64,000 bases of DNA from Cyanophora paradoxa CCMP329 (taxonomy: Eukaryota; Plantae; Glaucophyta), in the NCBI GenBank assembly GCA_004431415.1, contig QPMI01000049.1, forward strand, positions 1-64,000, written 5' to 3'. Below, piece by piece: positions 10,956-23,139 of this stretch; the first letter of the stretch is position 1; every line of letters begins with the position of its first letter. The notes under the pieces were generated by a model that was given only the letters and a program-made list of their open reading frames with translations, ran no database searches and had not been told where the DNA came from. The position numbers and the translations under genes are program-made.

Positions 10956-11282
10956 CTAGCGTTTAGAAAATAGCGCGCGAGCCTCGAGCACCAGGAGACC
11001 CGCCACAACCGCTGCGGCGATGACCACGGCAACCTTGAGCCAGTGCCAGAAGCGCTCGGCCACGTCCGTGAGCGCGCGGCCCGCCTTGCCCGGTGCGGTG
11101 AGTGCGGAGCCCAGCGCGCCCGCCGCAATGTCCGCCCACGCGCCTCCGTCGCCGCGCAGCACGTTCTCGCGGTTCTTCATCTCGACTGTGGCGCCGATCG
11201 CGGCGTTGAGCTCACCGAACTGCAGCCGCGGCGCGCCCTTGGGCCCAAAGGTCTTGGTGAGCAGCGCGTCGAGCCAGCTCAT
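10956..11282 (-). CDS. Small membrane protein (C-terminal TM)
   Basis: WLKVAVVIAAAVVAGLLVLEA; intact 108-aa ORF. Confidence 0.65.
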   Translation of the reverse strand: MSWLDALLTKTFGPKGAPRLQFGELNAAIGATVEMKNRENVLRGDGGAWADIAAGALGSALTAPGKAGRALTDVAERFWHWLKVAVVIAAAVVAGLLVLEARALFSKR

Positions 11283-11311
11283 CTCTACTAGCTAGCGCTT
11301 CGAAAATCTAT

Positions 11312-11805
11312 CTAAATCGCGAAGCCGCGCAGGTACCAGACCATGAGGAGCGAGCCGCCGAGCGCCACGAGCAACGGCAGGTGCCCGTCGACCGCGCGCC
11401 GCGCCTCCCAGGCCCAGATCTCCTGGCGGCTCAGCTCGTTCGCGCCGTCGAAGTAAGCGCTGACGCCGTACTCGCGCGCGGGCGCAGGCTGCGACCAGAG
11501 GCCGGCGCTCAGGCGCGGCGCCCCCTCCCTCTGCTGCTGCGAGGCCAGCGCCGCCGTCGCCGCGTGCGCCGCCTCGCGCTGGCCCGGGGCGATCGCCACG
11601 AGGGGCAGGGGCCCGACGCCGCGGCCCTTGCCCGCAGCCTTAATCGACTTTAGCGCCGGCGGCGCCGGGTCCGCGCCCTTATCTTAGGCCCCTCCGCCCG
11701 CCGCCGGCCTTCGCCCGCCCCGCCCTTGGCAGCCTCGCCGATCTTGCTGCAGCGCGAGTCCGATTTGAACACCGTACACAACAGCTTCTCTACGGCGTTG
11801 GGCAT
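11312..11805 (-). CDS. Membrane protein (C-terminal TM; true start probably ATG 11805, frameshifted)
   Basis: MPNAVEKLLCTVFKSDSRC...LPLLVALGGSLLMVWYL; AAATTTTCTTC motif upstream on the minus strand. Confidence 0.6.
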
Positions 11806-11926
11806 GTTTAGACGTGTACAGACGATGAAGAAAATTTAAATGCCAACGGACTCAAAAGGACGTCGCAACTTTGAAAAGGGAAAGGGGGGAATGAACTTGG
11901 GAAAACTTTGAAAAGGGAGAGTTAAC

Positions 11927-12118
11927 TTAGCGCCCCGCGGGGCGCATGCCGGCCGTCGCCATCGAGACGGAGCCGGGGGCGTAGAGGGACTTGGCGGCAT
12001 AGCCGAAGCCCACGCCTATGACGGCCGAGGCGGTGGGGGTGCCGCCGAGGAGCCAGGTGAGGGTCGCGGCGAGGGCTCCAAGGGTGTAGTGCTGTGGGTA
12101 GCTGTCAGCGAAGGCCAT
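11927..12118 (-). CDS. Very small two-helix membrane protein
   Basis: 63 aa, YTLGALAATLTWLLGG..SAVIGVGFGYAA; TATTTTTTCTCAA upstream. Confidence 0.6.
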   Translation of the reverse strand: MAFADSYPQHYTLGALAATLTWLLGGTPTASAVIGVGFGYAAKSLYAPGSVSMATAGMRPAGR

Positions 12119-12166
12119 CGCGGGACCGATTTGAGGGAGGGTTGAGAAAAAATACCGCCTCGGGCC

Positions 12167-13700
12167 TCAGTGGTGGAGGTGGCGGAAGGTCTCGGCGTGG
12201 GCCTCCGTCGCCGCCGCCACGTCCTCCGCCGCGTCGATCTCCGCGCGCGAGGCCTCCAGCGTCGCCCGCCGCGCGTAGGACTGCGGGACGGCCACGCGCC
12301 GGTAGCTGTAGCCGAGGCCCTTCGACAGCCCCGCCGTCTCCGCCTCGAACGCCCGCCAGCGCTCCGAGGCCTCCGCGCCGGAGATCTGGCCGGCGCGGAA
12401 GCCCGCCTCCAGCTCGGCGCGGAAGGCGAGGGTGTGCTGGAGGCGCTGGGCCCGACGGCCCTGGCGCCGCTCCTCCGCCTCGCGCGCCAGGCGCGCCGCC
12501 AGGGCCTGCCGCTCGGCCTCCTGCTGGGCCCGAAGCCCTGGATCGCGGAGAGGACGGCGCCGGGCCGGGGACGGGGCTGGGGCCGTCGGCGCTCGCGGGG
12601 AGGCGGAGGTACCCTGCCCTTGGATCAGGAGGGGGCGGGGGGAGGGGGGGTACGGGAGGGAAAGCGGGGGGTACGCGGGGCCGGACCTGGCGCGGCAGCA
12701 TCTCGTCGATGCGCTGCTGGCCGGGGCGCTGCTGGGGGGCAGTGGCGGGGGGCTGGGGCGGGAGGAAGGCCGGCGCCGAGTTGCGGGTGCGCTTGCCCTT
12801 GCCCTTGGTGTGGGGCTTGACGAGGAAGGGCCCGACGTCGGCCACCGGGTCCTTGAACTGGGCGACGGGGATCGCGATCGCCTCCAGCGCCGGCTGGCTC
12901 TCGCCGAGGGAGAGCGGGGCCTTGGGGACGATGCCGCGGATGTAGGTCTGCCAGACGCCGCCGAGCTTGTAGGAGTAGAGGCGGCACGAGGAGCCGAAGC
13001 CGGCGAGGGTCTCGTCCAGCCGGCCGTTCTCGATGTCAGCGCCGACGGCGGCGGAGGTGTCCGGGCCCTCCGTGCGCGCGATGTACTCGACGATGCCCGC
13101 GACGCTCGTCATCCAGCCCTCCGTCTCCGAGCCGACGAGGAAGGTGGTGGGGTCGACGACGCAGTGGGTGATGATGAAGCGGGTGAGGGGGCAGGAGGCC
13201 GTCTCCTGCCAGAAGGCGAGGCGCTTCTCCCGCAGCCACACCGGCTCGAAGGCCTGGATGCAGGAGGCCTGGCGGCCACCTGCGGCGCGGGCGACGTTAG
13301 CGCGTACGACGTCGGGACGGGCGGGGAAGGTGCGCGGCTTCGAATCCAGCGGCTCCCCGCGAAGCTGCCTGCGGCCCAGTGAGCGTGCTGCGAGCGGGAG
13401 GTGGGAGGGATTGGGCGGGCGGGCCTGCGTCCAGCGCTGAAACGTAGCTCCACTGATGCTATCCGCGATGCGCGTAGCCCGCGACTGGCCGCGGACAAGG
13501 GAGGGCTTAGCTAGGACAAGAACGGGTGTGGGGCGCGGGGCTGGAGGCGCGGGGAGGCGAGCCGGAGCCGCCGAATCGATGCGCGGGCTTGAGAACGAGA
13601 TCTAGAAGCGTGCGCAAGTCGCCGCGAACGTCGGCTCGAGTTGCGGAAGGCGCGGCGGCCAATCTCGGCACCTGCTCAGAGACCAAATGTCAGCGGACGC
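12167..13700 (-). CDS. Large viral protein of unknown function (globular domain, Pro-rich linker, coiled coil); start uncertain
   Basis: CIQAFEPVWLREKRLAFWQETASCPLTRFIITHCVVDP...LYSYKLGGVWQTYIRGIVP, then AERQALAARLAREAEERRQ...HAETFRHLHH after frame correction. Confidence 0.55.
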
Positions 13701-14423
13701 GGGCGAATCGAGCGCGAGGTTGCGGGGCATGTTCTAGGTGCTAAATGCAAGGGATAGAGCGGCAAGAGAGCGAGCTGGCACCTGCGGGATGCGGCGGAGT
13801 GCTCCGGCTCGGGCGCCATCGAGCTTTCGAAGGTCCGCGGCCGGCGCGAGCGACCCTGCGCGTGGCGGCGTGAGTGCGGCGTCGAGAGAGCTTTCCAGCG
13901 CCCAAAATCTGAGGTCCGGAGCTAGCCGTGGTGCGGAGAAAGAGGTTGCGAAGTGAGGCGCACCTCCGAATCGAAAGGAGCGAGGCGGCGGCTCTCCGGG
14001 CTGAGCGGAATGCAAGCTAGTGCCTCTGGCAAGTGCTGCAAGGAGCGCTGGGCCCGGGCGCTGCGAGATGCGCTGCCCGGGCGCTTTTTTTCGGGTTGGG
14101 GTACTGTGTTTTGAGTCGAAACACGTGGAGCAACCGCGTGAGCCCAAAACTTTCTGAGCTTAGGAGCAAAGGCGGTCGAGCGCTCGGCCGCGCAAGCTAG
14201 CTCCGGCGCGCTCTGCCTTCTCTCTACACGTGTCGCATTCACGTGCGCTCAAAACTTTCTAAGCTTCGGTCAAGCAAGGGCTAGCGCTTCCGAAGTTCTA
14301 CGCGCGCGCCTCCCCGTCCGCCGGGCCGACGGTCTGCGCGTCACATCGTCCGCTGCGCCAAGAAGGAGAGATCAAGACGGTGTCAACCGGGTCTAGTTGA
14401 GCGCTTAAGGTCGGACCAAAGCC

Positions 14424-14558
14424 TGTCCCGACCCTCCAGATCTTTAAATTAATATCTCAGAAGGTCGAGACAGCCGCTGAGCAGTCCGGATCCAGACGGA
14501 CCAGAGCCTGTCCCGACCCTCCCAGATCTTTAAATTAATATCTCAGAAGGTCGAGACA
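14424..14558. repeat. Two ~50-bp imperfect palindromes with AT-rich centre (origin-like)
   Basis: TGTCCCGACCCTCCCAGATCTTTAAATTAATATCTCAGAAGGTCGAGACA at 14424-14472 and 14509-14558; duplicated at 18887-18936 and 18973-19022. Confidence 0.9.
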
Positions 14559-14648
14559 GCAGTCCAGACGTCGACTATAGCTAGCCAACAGACGTTGACT
14601 AGCCTAGTAGATCTAGAATTTTCCAAGCCTAGCTATAGAGAGACGACC

Positions 14649-16740
14649 ATGGCAACCGGACGCGTGTCTCTCGACGTCGACGCCTTCCTGGCCCGTATGC
14701 CCGGGCCCGGGGTACAGCAGATAGATCTGAGCGAGCAGGAGTGCAGCTTTTTCGTTCGATTCCCTCTCGTCGAAGTCCAGAAGGCCTGCAGCCCGACCCT
14801 GGGGACGGCTTTCTGCGTCTTCCACCCGCCCTGCATCACCCCCAGCCACTTCTCGGGTGCCGAGGATGAGACGAGCACCGCGGCAGCCTGCGCCTTTGCA
14901 ACCAAGTTCGGAGGCTTCACTTTCTCTCGCCCCTTGGATAATGGATTCAAGGCTGCCTACGTCCTACAGAGCCCGGAGGCTTGCGATCTCATGGCATGGT
15001 TCTTTGGGAGCTCGAGCGGCCTGGAGCTCGGTGTGGATGGCACGGGGGGCTACGTTCTGCGGGGGCCGGCGCCCGGGCCGCGAGCGGAGCTCCTCCCCAC
15101 TCCATCCAGAAGCTCGGCGCCCCGCGCTAAGCCCATCCCGGAGCCGGGCGCTCTCCTGGATTCGAGCCCAAGCCTGCCGGCCTTGGAGCGGCTCCTGGAC
15201 CGCCTGCGCAAGAACAAGGCGGTGAGGGACGAGATCTGGAAGGCGGGGCAGAGCTGCGCGCGGACCTTGGCCTGCACGACGCCCGCCGCGTTCAGCACCT
15301 TGGAGTCGAGCCCGACGGGTCCATCACCCTCGTCCTGGGCGGGAGTCAGCCGGGGCGCCGGCGGCTCGAATCTCCATCCAGGCGCACGGTATTGAAGTCG
15401 AGCTCGAGGGGGAGGGGACCGGAGGGGAGTCGGGCAGCGTGGCACAGACCCGCTATGTGACCGATCCCTCGCAGCCTGTCGCCTTCGACATTGCCCTCCC
15501 CTCCCTCCTGATCGCGCTCGAGTCGACGGGCCTGGAGGCTTGCGTCAATGCAGTGGATGAACGCCACCTCTCGTGCAAGATCCTTACCTCCGCATTCGGG
15601 GCGCTGGAGCAGAACCCGAGATCCGCTCAGCCGCAGGTCGACGTCATCTGCTCGGGACTCAACACGGGGAAGACGCAGGCGCTGATCGATGCGTACCTGG
15701 ACCCGGCCCTCGCAGGCGGCTGGCGAGTGATCCTCGTGACTTGCCGCCGGGCCTTCTCCCGCGACCTCAAGCGTCGCATTGATGCTGCGGAGTTGTCAAA
15801 GGACGCCGTGCTTTACATGGACATCAAGAAGCCACCGGAGAGCTCAAAGGGATCGCATGGCAAGTGGGGCTTCCGCCATGAGGAGTGCAGGTGCGTCGTC
15901 ATCACATGGGACTCGCTGCACAAGGTGCTCGAGGACTGGGAGGGCTGGTCGACGGCGCCGCTACTGGTCGTGCTGGACGAGCTCTCCTCCCTCACGAAGC
16001 ACCTCACCTCGAGCGGCACCCTCGAGCCCACCGGCCTGCACCTAGGTATGCGGTCAGTGCCTCGAAACGCGCGCTGCGTGGGCCTATGGCGCGGCGTGAT
16101 GAAGGCATCGCGCATCGTGGCGATGGACGGCTTCGTTCGGTCGGTCGATCTCGCGTACCTGGCAGAGTCGGCGCAGGAGGTCGGGGCGCGCCTGGGGCTC
16201 CTGTACAACTCGCATCGCACCTGCGACTGGAAGATGCGCGTGTCAGACAGCCCGGCGCACGTCGAGGCGGACATCATGGTGCAGTGCCGACCTGGGCGCT
16301 CGCGGGCCATGATCATCGCGGAGACGCCGGCCAAGGCGATCGAGCTGCAGGAGAAGATTGCGAAGCAGGCGCTGGAGCAGCTCAGCCTGGGCGGCGCTCA
16401 GTACGTGACTCAGCTCGAGGCAGGGCCCGAGGACGGCAGCGGCGCACCGTTCACGATCGGGCTCATCGTTGGGCAGGCCAAGGAGAAGAGCGTGCGCTTC
16501 ACGAACGAGGGCCCAGTGCGCATCGTGTCGATCGATGTGTCTGAGGAGGGCGCGTACAAGGCCTGCGACGTGCTCATCGCAACTTCCGCGCTCGGGGCAG
16601 GCGTGGACTTTTCGGACGCGCACTTTGACAAGGTCTACGGCGTGTTCCAGGCGGAGCCCGCGCAGCTGGAGGCGGACGACATCGTGCAGCTGCTGTTTCG
16701 AGTCAGAAGGCTGCGCAAACGCAGCGCCCGCCGCGCGTAG
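14649..16740 (+). pseudogene. UL9-like origin-binding helicase, copy 1, truncated by the duplication junction just after helicase motif VI
   Basis: Same sequence as copy 2 up to QLLFRVRRLRKRS, then reads into the duplicated antisense segment and stops at 16740. Confidence 0.8.
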
Positions 16741-18160
16741 GACTGCGGGACGGCCACGCGCCGGTAGCTGTAGCCGAGGCCCTTCGACAGCCCCGCCGTC
16801 TCCGCCTCGAACGCCCGCCAGCGCTCCGAGGCCTCCGCGCCGGAGATCTGGCCGGCGCGGAAGCCCGCCTCCAGCTCGGCGCGGAAGGCGAGGGTGTGCT
16901 GGAGGCGCTGGGCCCGACGGCCCTGGCGCCGCTCCTCCGCCTCGCGCGCCAGGCGCGCCGCCAGGGCCTGCCGCTCGGCCTCCTGCTGGGCCCCGAAGCC
17001 CTGGATCGCGGAGAGGACGGCGCCGGGGCCGGGGACGGGGCTGGGGCCGTCGGCGCTCGCGGGGGAGGCGGAGGTACCCTGCCCTTGGATCAGGAGGGGG
17101 GCGGGGGGAGGGGGGGTACGGGAGGGAAAGCGGGGGGTACGCGGGGCCGGACCTGGCGCGGCAGCATCTCGTCGATGCGCTGCTGGCCGGGGCGCTGCTG
17201 GGGGGCAGTGGCGGGGGGCTGGGGCGGGAGGAAGGCCGGCGCCGAGTTGCGGGTGCGCTTGCCCTTGCCCTTGGTGTGGGGCTTGACGAGGAAGGGCCCG
17301 ACGTCGGCCACCGGGTCCTTGAACTGGGCGACGGGGATCGCGATCGCCTCCAGCGCCGGCTGGCTCTCGCCGAGGGAGAGCGGGGCCTTGGGGACGATGC
17401 CGCGGATGTAGGTCTGCCAGACGCCGCCGAGCTTGTAGGAGTAGAGGCGGCACGAGGAGCCGAAGCCGGCGAGGGTCTCGTCCAGCCGGCCGTTCTCGAT
17501 GTCAGCGCCGACGGCGGCGGAGGTGTCCGGGCCCTCCGTGCGCGCGATGTACTCGACGATGCCCGCGACGCTCGTCATCCAGCCCTCCGTCTCCGAGCCG
17601 ACGAGGAAGGTGGTGGGGTCGACGACGCAGTGGGTGATGATGAAGCGGGTGAGGGGCAGGAGGCCGTCTCCTGCCAGAAGGCGAGGCGCTTCTCCCGCAG
17701 CCACACCGGCTCGAAGGCCTGGATGCAGGAGGCCTGGCGGCCACCTGCGGCGCGGGCGACGTTAGCGCGTACGACGTCGGGACGGGCGGGGAAGGTGCGC
17801 GGCTTCGAATCCAGCGGCTCCCCGCGAAGCTGCCTGCGGCCCAGTGAGCGTGCTGCGAGCGGGAGGTGGGAGGGATTGGGCGGGCGGGCCTGCGTCCAGC
17901 GCTGAAACGTAGCTCCACTGATGCTATCCGCGATGCGCGTAGCCCGCGACTGGCCGCGGACAAGGGAGGGCTTAGCTAGGACAAGAACGGGTGTGGGGCG
18001 CGGGGCTGGAGGCGCGGGAGGCGAGCCGGAGCCGCCGAATCGATGCGCGGGCTTGAGAACGAGATCTAGAAGCGTGCGCAAGTCGCCGCGAACGTCGGCT
18101 CGAGTTGCGGAAGGCGCGGCGGCCAATCTCGGCACCTGCTCAGAGACCAAATGTCAGCGG
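16725..18160 (-). pseudogene. Second, 3'-truncated copy of the unknown 12167-13700 gene
   Basis: Duplicate sequence lacking the last ~95 bp of the gene. Confidence 0.6.
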
Positions 18161-19041
18161 ACGCGGGCGAATCGAGCGCGAGGTTGCGGGCATGTTCTAG
18201 GTGCTAAATGCAAGGGATAGAGCGGCAAGAGAGCGAGCTGGCACCTGCGGGATGCGGCGGAGTGCTCCGGCTCGGGCGCCATCGAGCTTTCGAAGGTCCG
18301 CGGCCGGCGCGAGCGACCCTGCGCGTGGCGGCGTGAGTGCGGCGTCGAGAGAGCTTTCCAGCGCCCAAAATCTGAGGTCCGGAGCTAGCCGTGGTGCGGA
18401 GAAAGAGGTTGCGAAGTGAGGCGCACCTCCGAATCGAAAGGAGCGAGGCGGCGGCTCTCCGGGCTGAGCGGAATGCAAGCTAGTGCCTCTGGCAAGTGCT
18501 GCAAGGAGCGCTGGGCCCGGGCGCTGCGAGATGCGCTGCCCGGGCGCTTTTTTTCGGGTTGGGGTACTGTGTTTTGAGTCGAAACACGTGGAGCAACCGC
18601 GTGAGCCCAAAACTTTCTGAGCTTAGGAGCAAAGGCGGTCGAGCGCTCGGCCGCGCAAGCTAGCTCCGGCGCGCTCTGCCTTCTCTCTACACGTGTCGCA
18701 TTCACGTGCGCTCAAAACTTTCTAAGCTTCGGTCAAGCAAGGGGCTAGCGCTTCCGAAGTTCTACGCGCGCGCCTCCCGTCCGCCGGGCCGACGGTCTGC
18801 GCGTCACATCGTCCGCTGCGCCAAGAAGGAGAGATCAAGACGGTGTCAACCGGGTCTAGTTGAGCGCTTAAGGTCGGACCAAAGCCTGTCCCGACCCTCC
18901 CAGATCTTTAAATTAATATCTCAGAAGGTCGAGACAGCCGCTGAGCAGTCCGGATCCAGACGGACCAGAGCCTGTCCCGACCCTCCCAGATCTTTAAATT
19001 AATATCTCAGAAGGTCGAGACAGCAGTCCAGACGTCGACTA

Positions 19042-20001
19042 TAGCTAGCCAACAGACGTTGACTAGCCTAGTAGATCTAGAATTTTCCAAGCCTAGCTAT
19101 AGAGAGACGACCATGGCAACCGGACGCGTGTCTCTCGACGTCGACGCCTTCCTGGCCCGTATGCCCGGGCCCGGGGTACAGCAGATAGATCTGAGCGAGC
19201 AGGAGTGCAGCTTTTTCGTTCGATTCCCTCTCGTCGAAGTCCAGAAGGCCTGCAGCCCGACCCTGGGGACGGCTTTCTGCGTCTTCCACCCGCCCTGCAT
19301 CACCCCCAGCCACTTCTCGGGTGCCGAGGATGAGACGAGCACCGCGGCAGCCTGCGCCTTTGCAACCAAGTTCGGAGGCTTCACTTTCTCTCGCCCCTTG
19401 GATAATGGATTCAAGGCTGCCTACGTCCTACAGAGCCCGGAGGCTTGCGATCTCATGGCATGGTTCTTTGGGAGCTCGAGCGGCCTGGAGCTCGGTGTGG
19501 ATGGCACGGGGGGCTACGTTCTAGCTAGCCAACAGACGTTGACTAGCCTAGTAGATCTAGAATTTTCCAAGCCTAGCTATAGAGAGACGACCATGGCAAC
19601 CGGACGCGTGTCTCTCGACGTCGACGCCTTCCTGGCCCGTATGCCCGGGCCCGGGGTACAGCAGATAGATCTGAGCGAGCAGGAGTGCAGCTTTTTCGTT
19701 CGATTCCCTCTCGTCGAAGTCCAGAAGGCCTGCAGCCCGACCCTGGGGACGGCTTTCTGCGTCTTCCACCCGCCCTGCATCACCCCCAGCCACTTCTCGG
19801 GTGCCGAGGATGAGACGAGCACCGCGGCAGCCTGCGCCTTTGCAACCAAGTTCGGAGGCTTCACTTTCTCTCGCCCCTTGGATAATGGATTCAAGGCTGC
19901 CTACGTCCTACAGAGCCCGGAGGCTTGCGATCTCATGGCATGGTTCTTTGGGAGCTCGAGCGGCCTGGAGCTCGGTGTGGATGGCACGGGGGCTACGTTC
20001 T
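19042..20001 (+). repeat. 480-bp in-frame tandem duplication of the helicase 5' region
   Basis: TAGCTAGCCAACAGACGTTG at 19042 and 19522; ORF 19059..20072 contains the 160-aa block twice. Confidence 0.95.
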
Positions 20002-22710
20002 GCGGGGGCCGGCGCCCGGGCCGCGAGCGGAGCTCCTCCCACTCCATCCAGAAGCTCGGCGCCCCGCGCTAAGCCCATCCCGGAGCCGGGCGCTCTCCTG
20101 GATTCGAGCCCAAGCCTGCCGGCCTTGGAGCGGCTCCTGGACCGCCTGCGCAAGAACAAGGCGGTGAGGGACGAGATCTGGAAGGCGGGGCAGAGCTGCG
20201 CGCGGACCTTGGCCTGCACGACGCCCGCCGCGTTCAGCACCTTGGAGTCGAGCCCGACGGGTCCATCACCCTCGTCCTGGGCGGGAGTCAGCCGGGGGCG
20301 CCGGCGGCTCGAATCTCCATCCAGGCGCACGGTATTGAAGTCGAGCTCGAGGGGGAGGGGACCGGAGGGGAGTCGGGCAGCGTGGCACAGACCCGCTATG
20401 TGACCGATCCCTCGCAGCCTGTCGCCTTCGACATTGCCCTCCCCTCCCTCCTGATCGCGCTCGAGTCGACGGGCCTGGAGGCTTGCGTCAATGCAGTGGA
20501 TGAACGCCACCTCTCGTGCAAGATCCTTACCTCCGCATTCGGGGCGCTGGAGCAGAACCCGAGATCCGCTCAGCCGCAGGTCGACGTCATCTGCTCGGGA
20601 CTCAACACGGGGAAGACGCAGGCGCTGATCGATGCGTACCTGGACCCGGCCCTCGCAGGCGGCTGGCGAGTGATCCTCGTGACTTGCCGCCGGGCCTTCT
20701 CCCGCGACCTCAAGCGTCGCATTGATGCTGCGGAGTTGTCAAAGGACGCCGTGCTTTACATGGACATCAAGAAGCCACCGGAGAGCTCAAAGGGATCGCA
20801 TGGCAAGTGGGGCTTCCGCCATGAGGAGTGCAGGTGCGTCGTCATCACATGGGACTCGCTGCACAAGGTGCTCGAGGACTGGGAGGGCTGGTCGACGGCG
20901 CCGCTACTGGTCGTGCTGGACGAGCTCTCCTCCCTCACGAAGCACCTCACTCGAGCGGCACCCTCGAGCCCACCGGCCTGCACCTAGGTATGCGGTCAGT
21001 GCCTCGAAACGCGCGCTGCGTGGGCCTATGGCGCGGCGTGATGAAGGCATCGCGCATCGTGGCGATGGACGGCTTCGTTCGGTCGGTCGATCTCGCGTAC
21101 CTGGCAGAGTCGGCGCAGGAGGTCGGGGCGCGCCTGGGGCTCCTGTACAACTCGCATCGCACCTGCGACTGGAAGATGCGCGTGTCAGACAGCCCGGCGC
21201 ACGTCGAGGCGGACATCATGGTGCAGTGCCGACCTGGGCGCTCGCGGGCCATGATCATCGCGGAGACGCCGGCCAAGGCGATCGAGCTGCAGGAGAAGAT
21301 TGCGAAGCAGGCGCTGGAGCAGCTCAGCCTGGGCGGCGCTCAGTACGTGACTCAGCTCGAGGCAGGGCCCGAGGACGGCAGCGGCGCACCGTTCACGATC
21401 GGGCTCATCGTTGGGCAGGCCAAGGAGAAGAGCGTGCGCTTCACGAACGAGGGCCCAGTGCGCATCGTGTCGATCGATGTGTCTGAGGAGGGCGCGTACA
21501 AGGCCTGCGACGTGCTCATCGCAACTTCCGCGCTCGGGGCAGGCGTGGACTTTTCGGACGCGCACTTTGACAAGGTCTACGGCGTGTTCCAGGCGGAGCC
21601 CGCGCAGCTGGAGGCGGACGACATCGTGCAGCTGCTGTTTCGAGTCAGAAGGCTGCGCAAACGCAGCACGCCCGACGGGGAGCACCTGCTCGTCGCCGTG
21701 CGCAAGAACCGGACGCCCTCGGTTGCGGTCGGCGCGGCGGCTGCGCACTGGCGTGAGAGCGACGACGACGAGAGCTCGGACGACATGCAGCGCTACCTGG
21801 ACCTGAAGGCTAGCCACCGCGGGAGCCGCCGCGCCGGCATGCCCACTCGGCGCCTCGCAGTGGCAGCGCGCCTGCGGCTGATGTCGACCTGCGCGCTGAT
21901 GAACGTGCAAGTCACGGAGGATCAAAACCCGAGCGGACCGAAGCAGGAGAAGGAGCAGCGGCTGCGCGAGATCAGGAGCGTGCTGGAGGCGGGCGCGCTG
22001 GAGCCCGTCGATCTGTGGAGCACGGTGCTGGCCTGGAGGCAGTCCCGCGAGTCTCTCGCTAAGCTGGACATCGAGAAGGTTGCTTCGCTTGCTCGCACGT
22101 CGATCGCCGCGTTCCTGGCCAAGGATCCGAGCGAGCTGACCGAAGGAGACGTCGCCTGGATGTGGGATTCGTTCTACTCCATCCCGCTCACTGCCGTGGT
22201 CACGCTGGTGCTGAAGCATGGCGCGGACGTTGCCGAGATCGTGCCTACTGCTGAGCGCCTCAAGGTATCGAAGGTCGTCGCGCTGTTCAAGAAACTCTTC
22301 GGCTGGCGGGGTATGGAAAGCTCGCGGGGCGTGCTCTGTGGTCGGACGAAGCCTACGCGGCCCTGGCGTCGCCGGAGGGTCGGGAGGCGTACGCGGCTCT
22401 GCAGAGTCTGGACGAGCGCGCGCCCCGCTTCGATGCAGCGGACGGTGAGAAGAAGCGGCTCTCGCAGCAGTCTTGGCAAGTCATCAAGTACCTGCTGGAG
22501 AAGTACCTCGGAGTGAGACGCGCTTTCTCCGACGCGGACGGAGGGCAAATGGGCAGCCGAAAGCGACGCTACATCACGTGGGAGGAAGACATGCTCGACG
22601 ACGCAGTAGAGCGCCAGGCTAAGCAGGCAAGGGCAGGCATGGCGCCAAGCTTCCCAGAGGTTTACAACGTTTTCTCCGACTGCTATGCTCTCATTCACAG
22701 GCGCGTGTGA
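19113..22710 (+). CDS. SF2 helicase, herpesvirus UL9/Herpes_ori_bp-like replication origin-binding protein (full-length copy, frameshifted)
   Basis: Motifs CSGLNTGKT (I), ILVTCRRAF (Ia), VVITWDSLHK, LVVLDELSS (II), IVAMDG (III), VLIATSALGAGVDF..HF (V) and QLLFRVR (VI) are typical of UL9-like helicases of herpesviruses and NCLDVs. Confidence 0.88.
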
Positions 22711-22811
22711 TTGTCGGATGTCACAGTGTGGACTTCGCGAACGGGATGCGCGTGCCAGTGTGTAAATACGAACGTGCGAATTCAAGTGACGTCATGCATA
22801 TGATCAATGAA

Positions 22812-22860
22812 TGTCTCGACTTTTTGAGATATTAATTTAAAGATCTGGGAGGGTCGGACA
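22812..22860 (-). repeat. Inverted copy of the 50-bp palindrome downstream of the helicase
   Basis: TGTCTCGACTTTTTGAGATATTAATTTAAAGATCTGGGAGGGTCGGACA is the near reverse complement of the 14509 copy. Confidence 0.9.
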
Positions 22861-23139
22861 TTGCGAGGCGGACGAGAGTGAGGGCATGCACTCTCTATGT
22901 GTCCCGACCTTTTCTGAACAACTCATGATTGCCGTATCATCGATCTGCATTTACTCACTTCGTTCTCTGTCGCTTGCACATGCGCGGTGTGGGATTACTA
23001 ATTAGATCTAGTCTCCCTAGCCCTCTGCGGCCGCCTTCCTGCCCCCTGCAAAGAGCAGCTCAACCAAATCCTGTGGGGTCTGATTCATTGCAGACTCGCC
23101 TTCCCGCCTGGGCCTGAGCTACACCAAGCTACGGTGAGT

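Larger units (their letters stand above)
12263..21667. repeat. 4,462-bp tandem duplication (12263-16724 / 16725-21667); copy 2 contains an extra 480-bp internal duplication
   Basis: Sequence at 16725 restarts the sequence of 12263. The copies appear identical apart from homopolymer indels. Confidence 0.95.
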
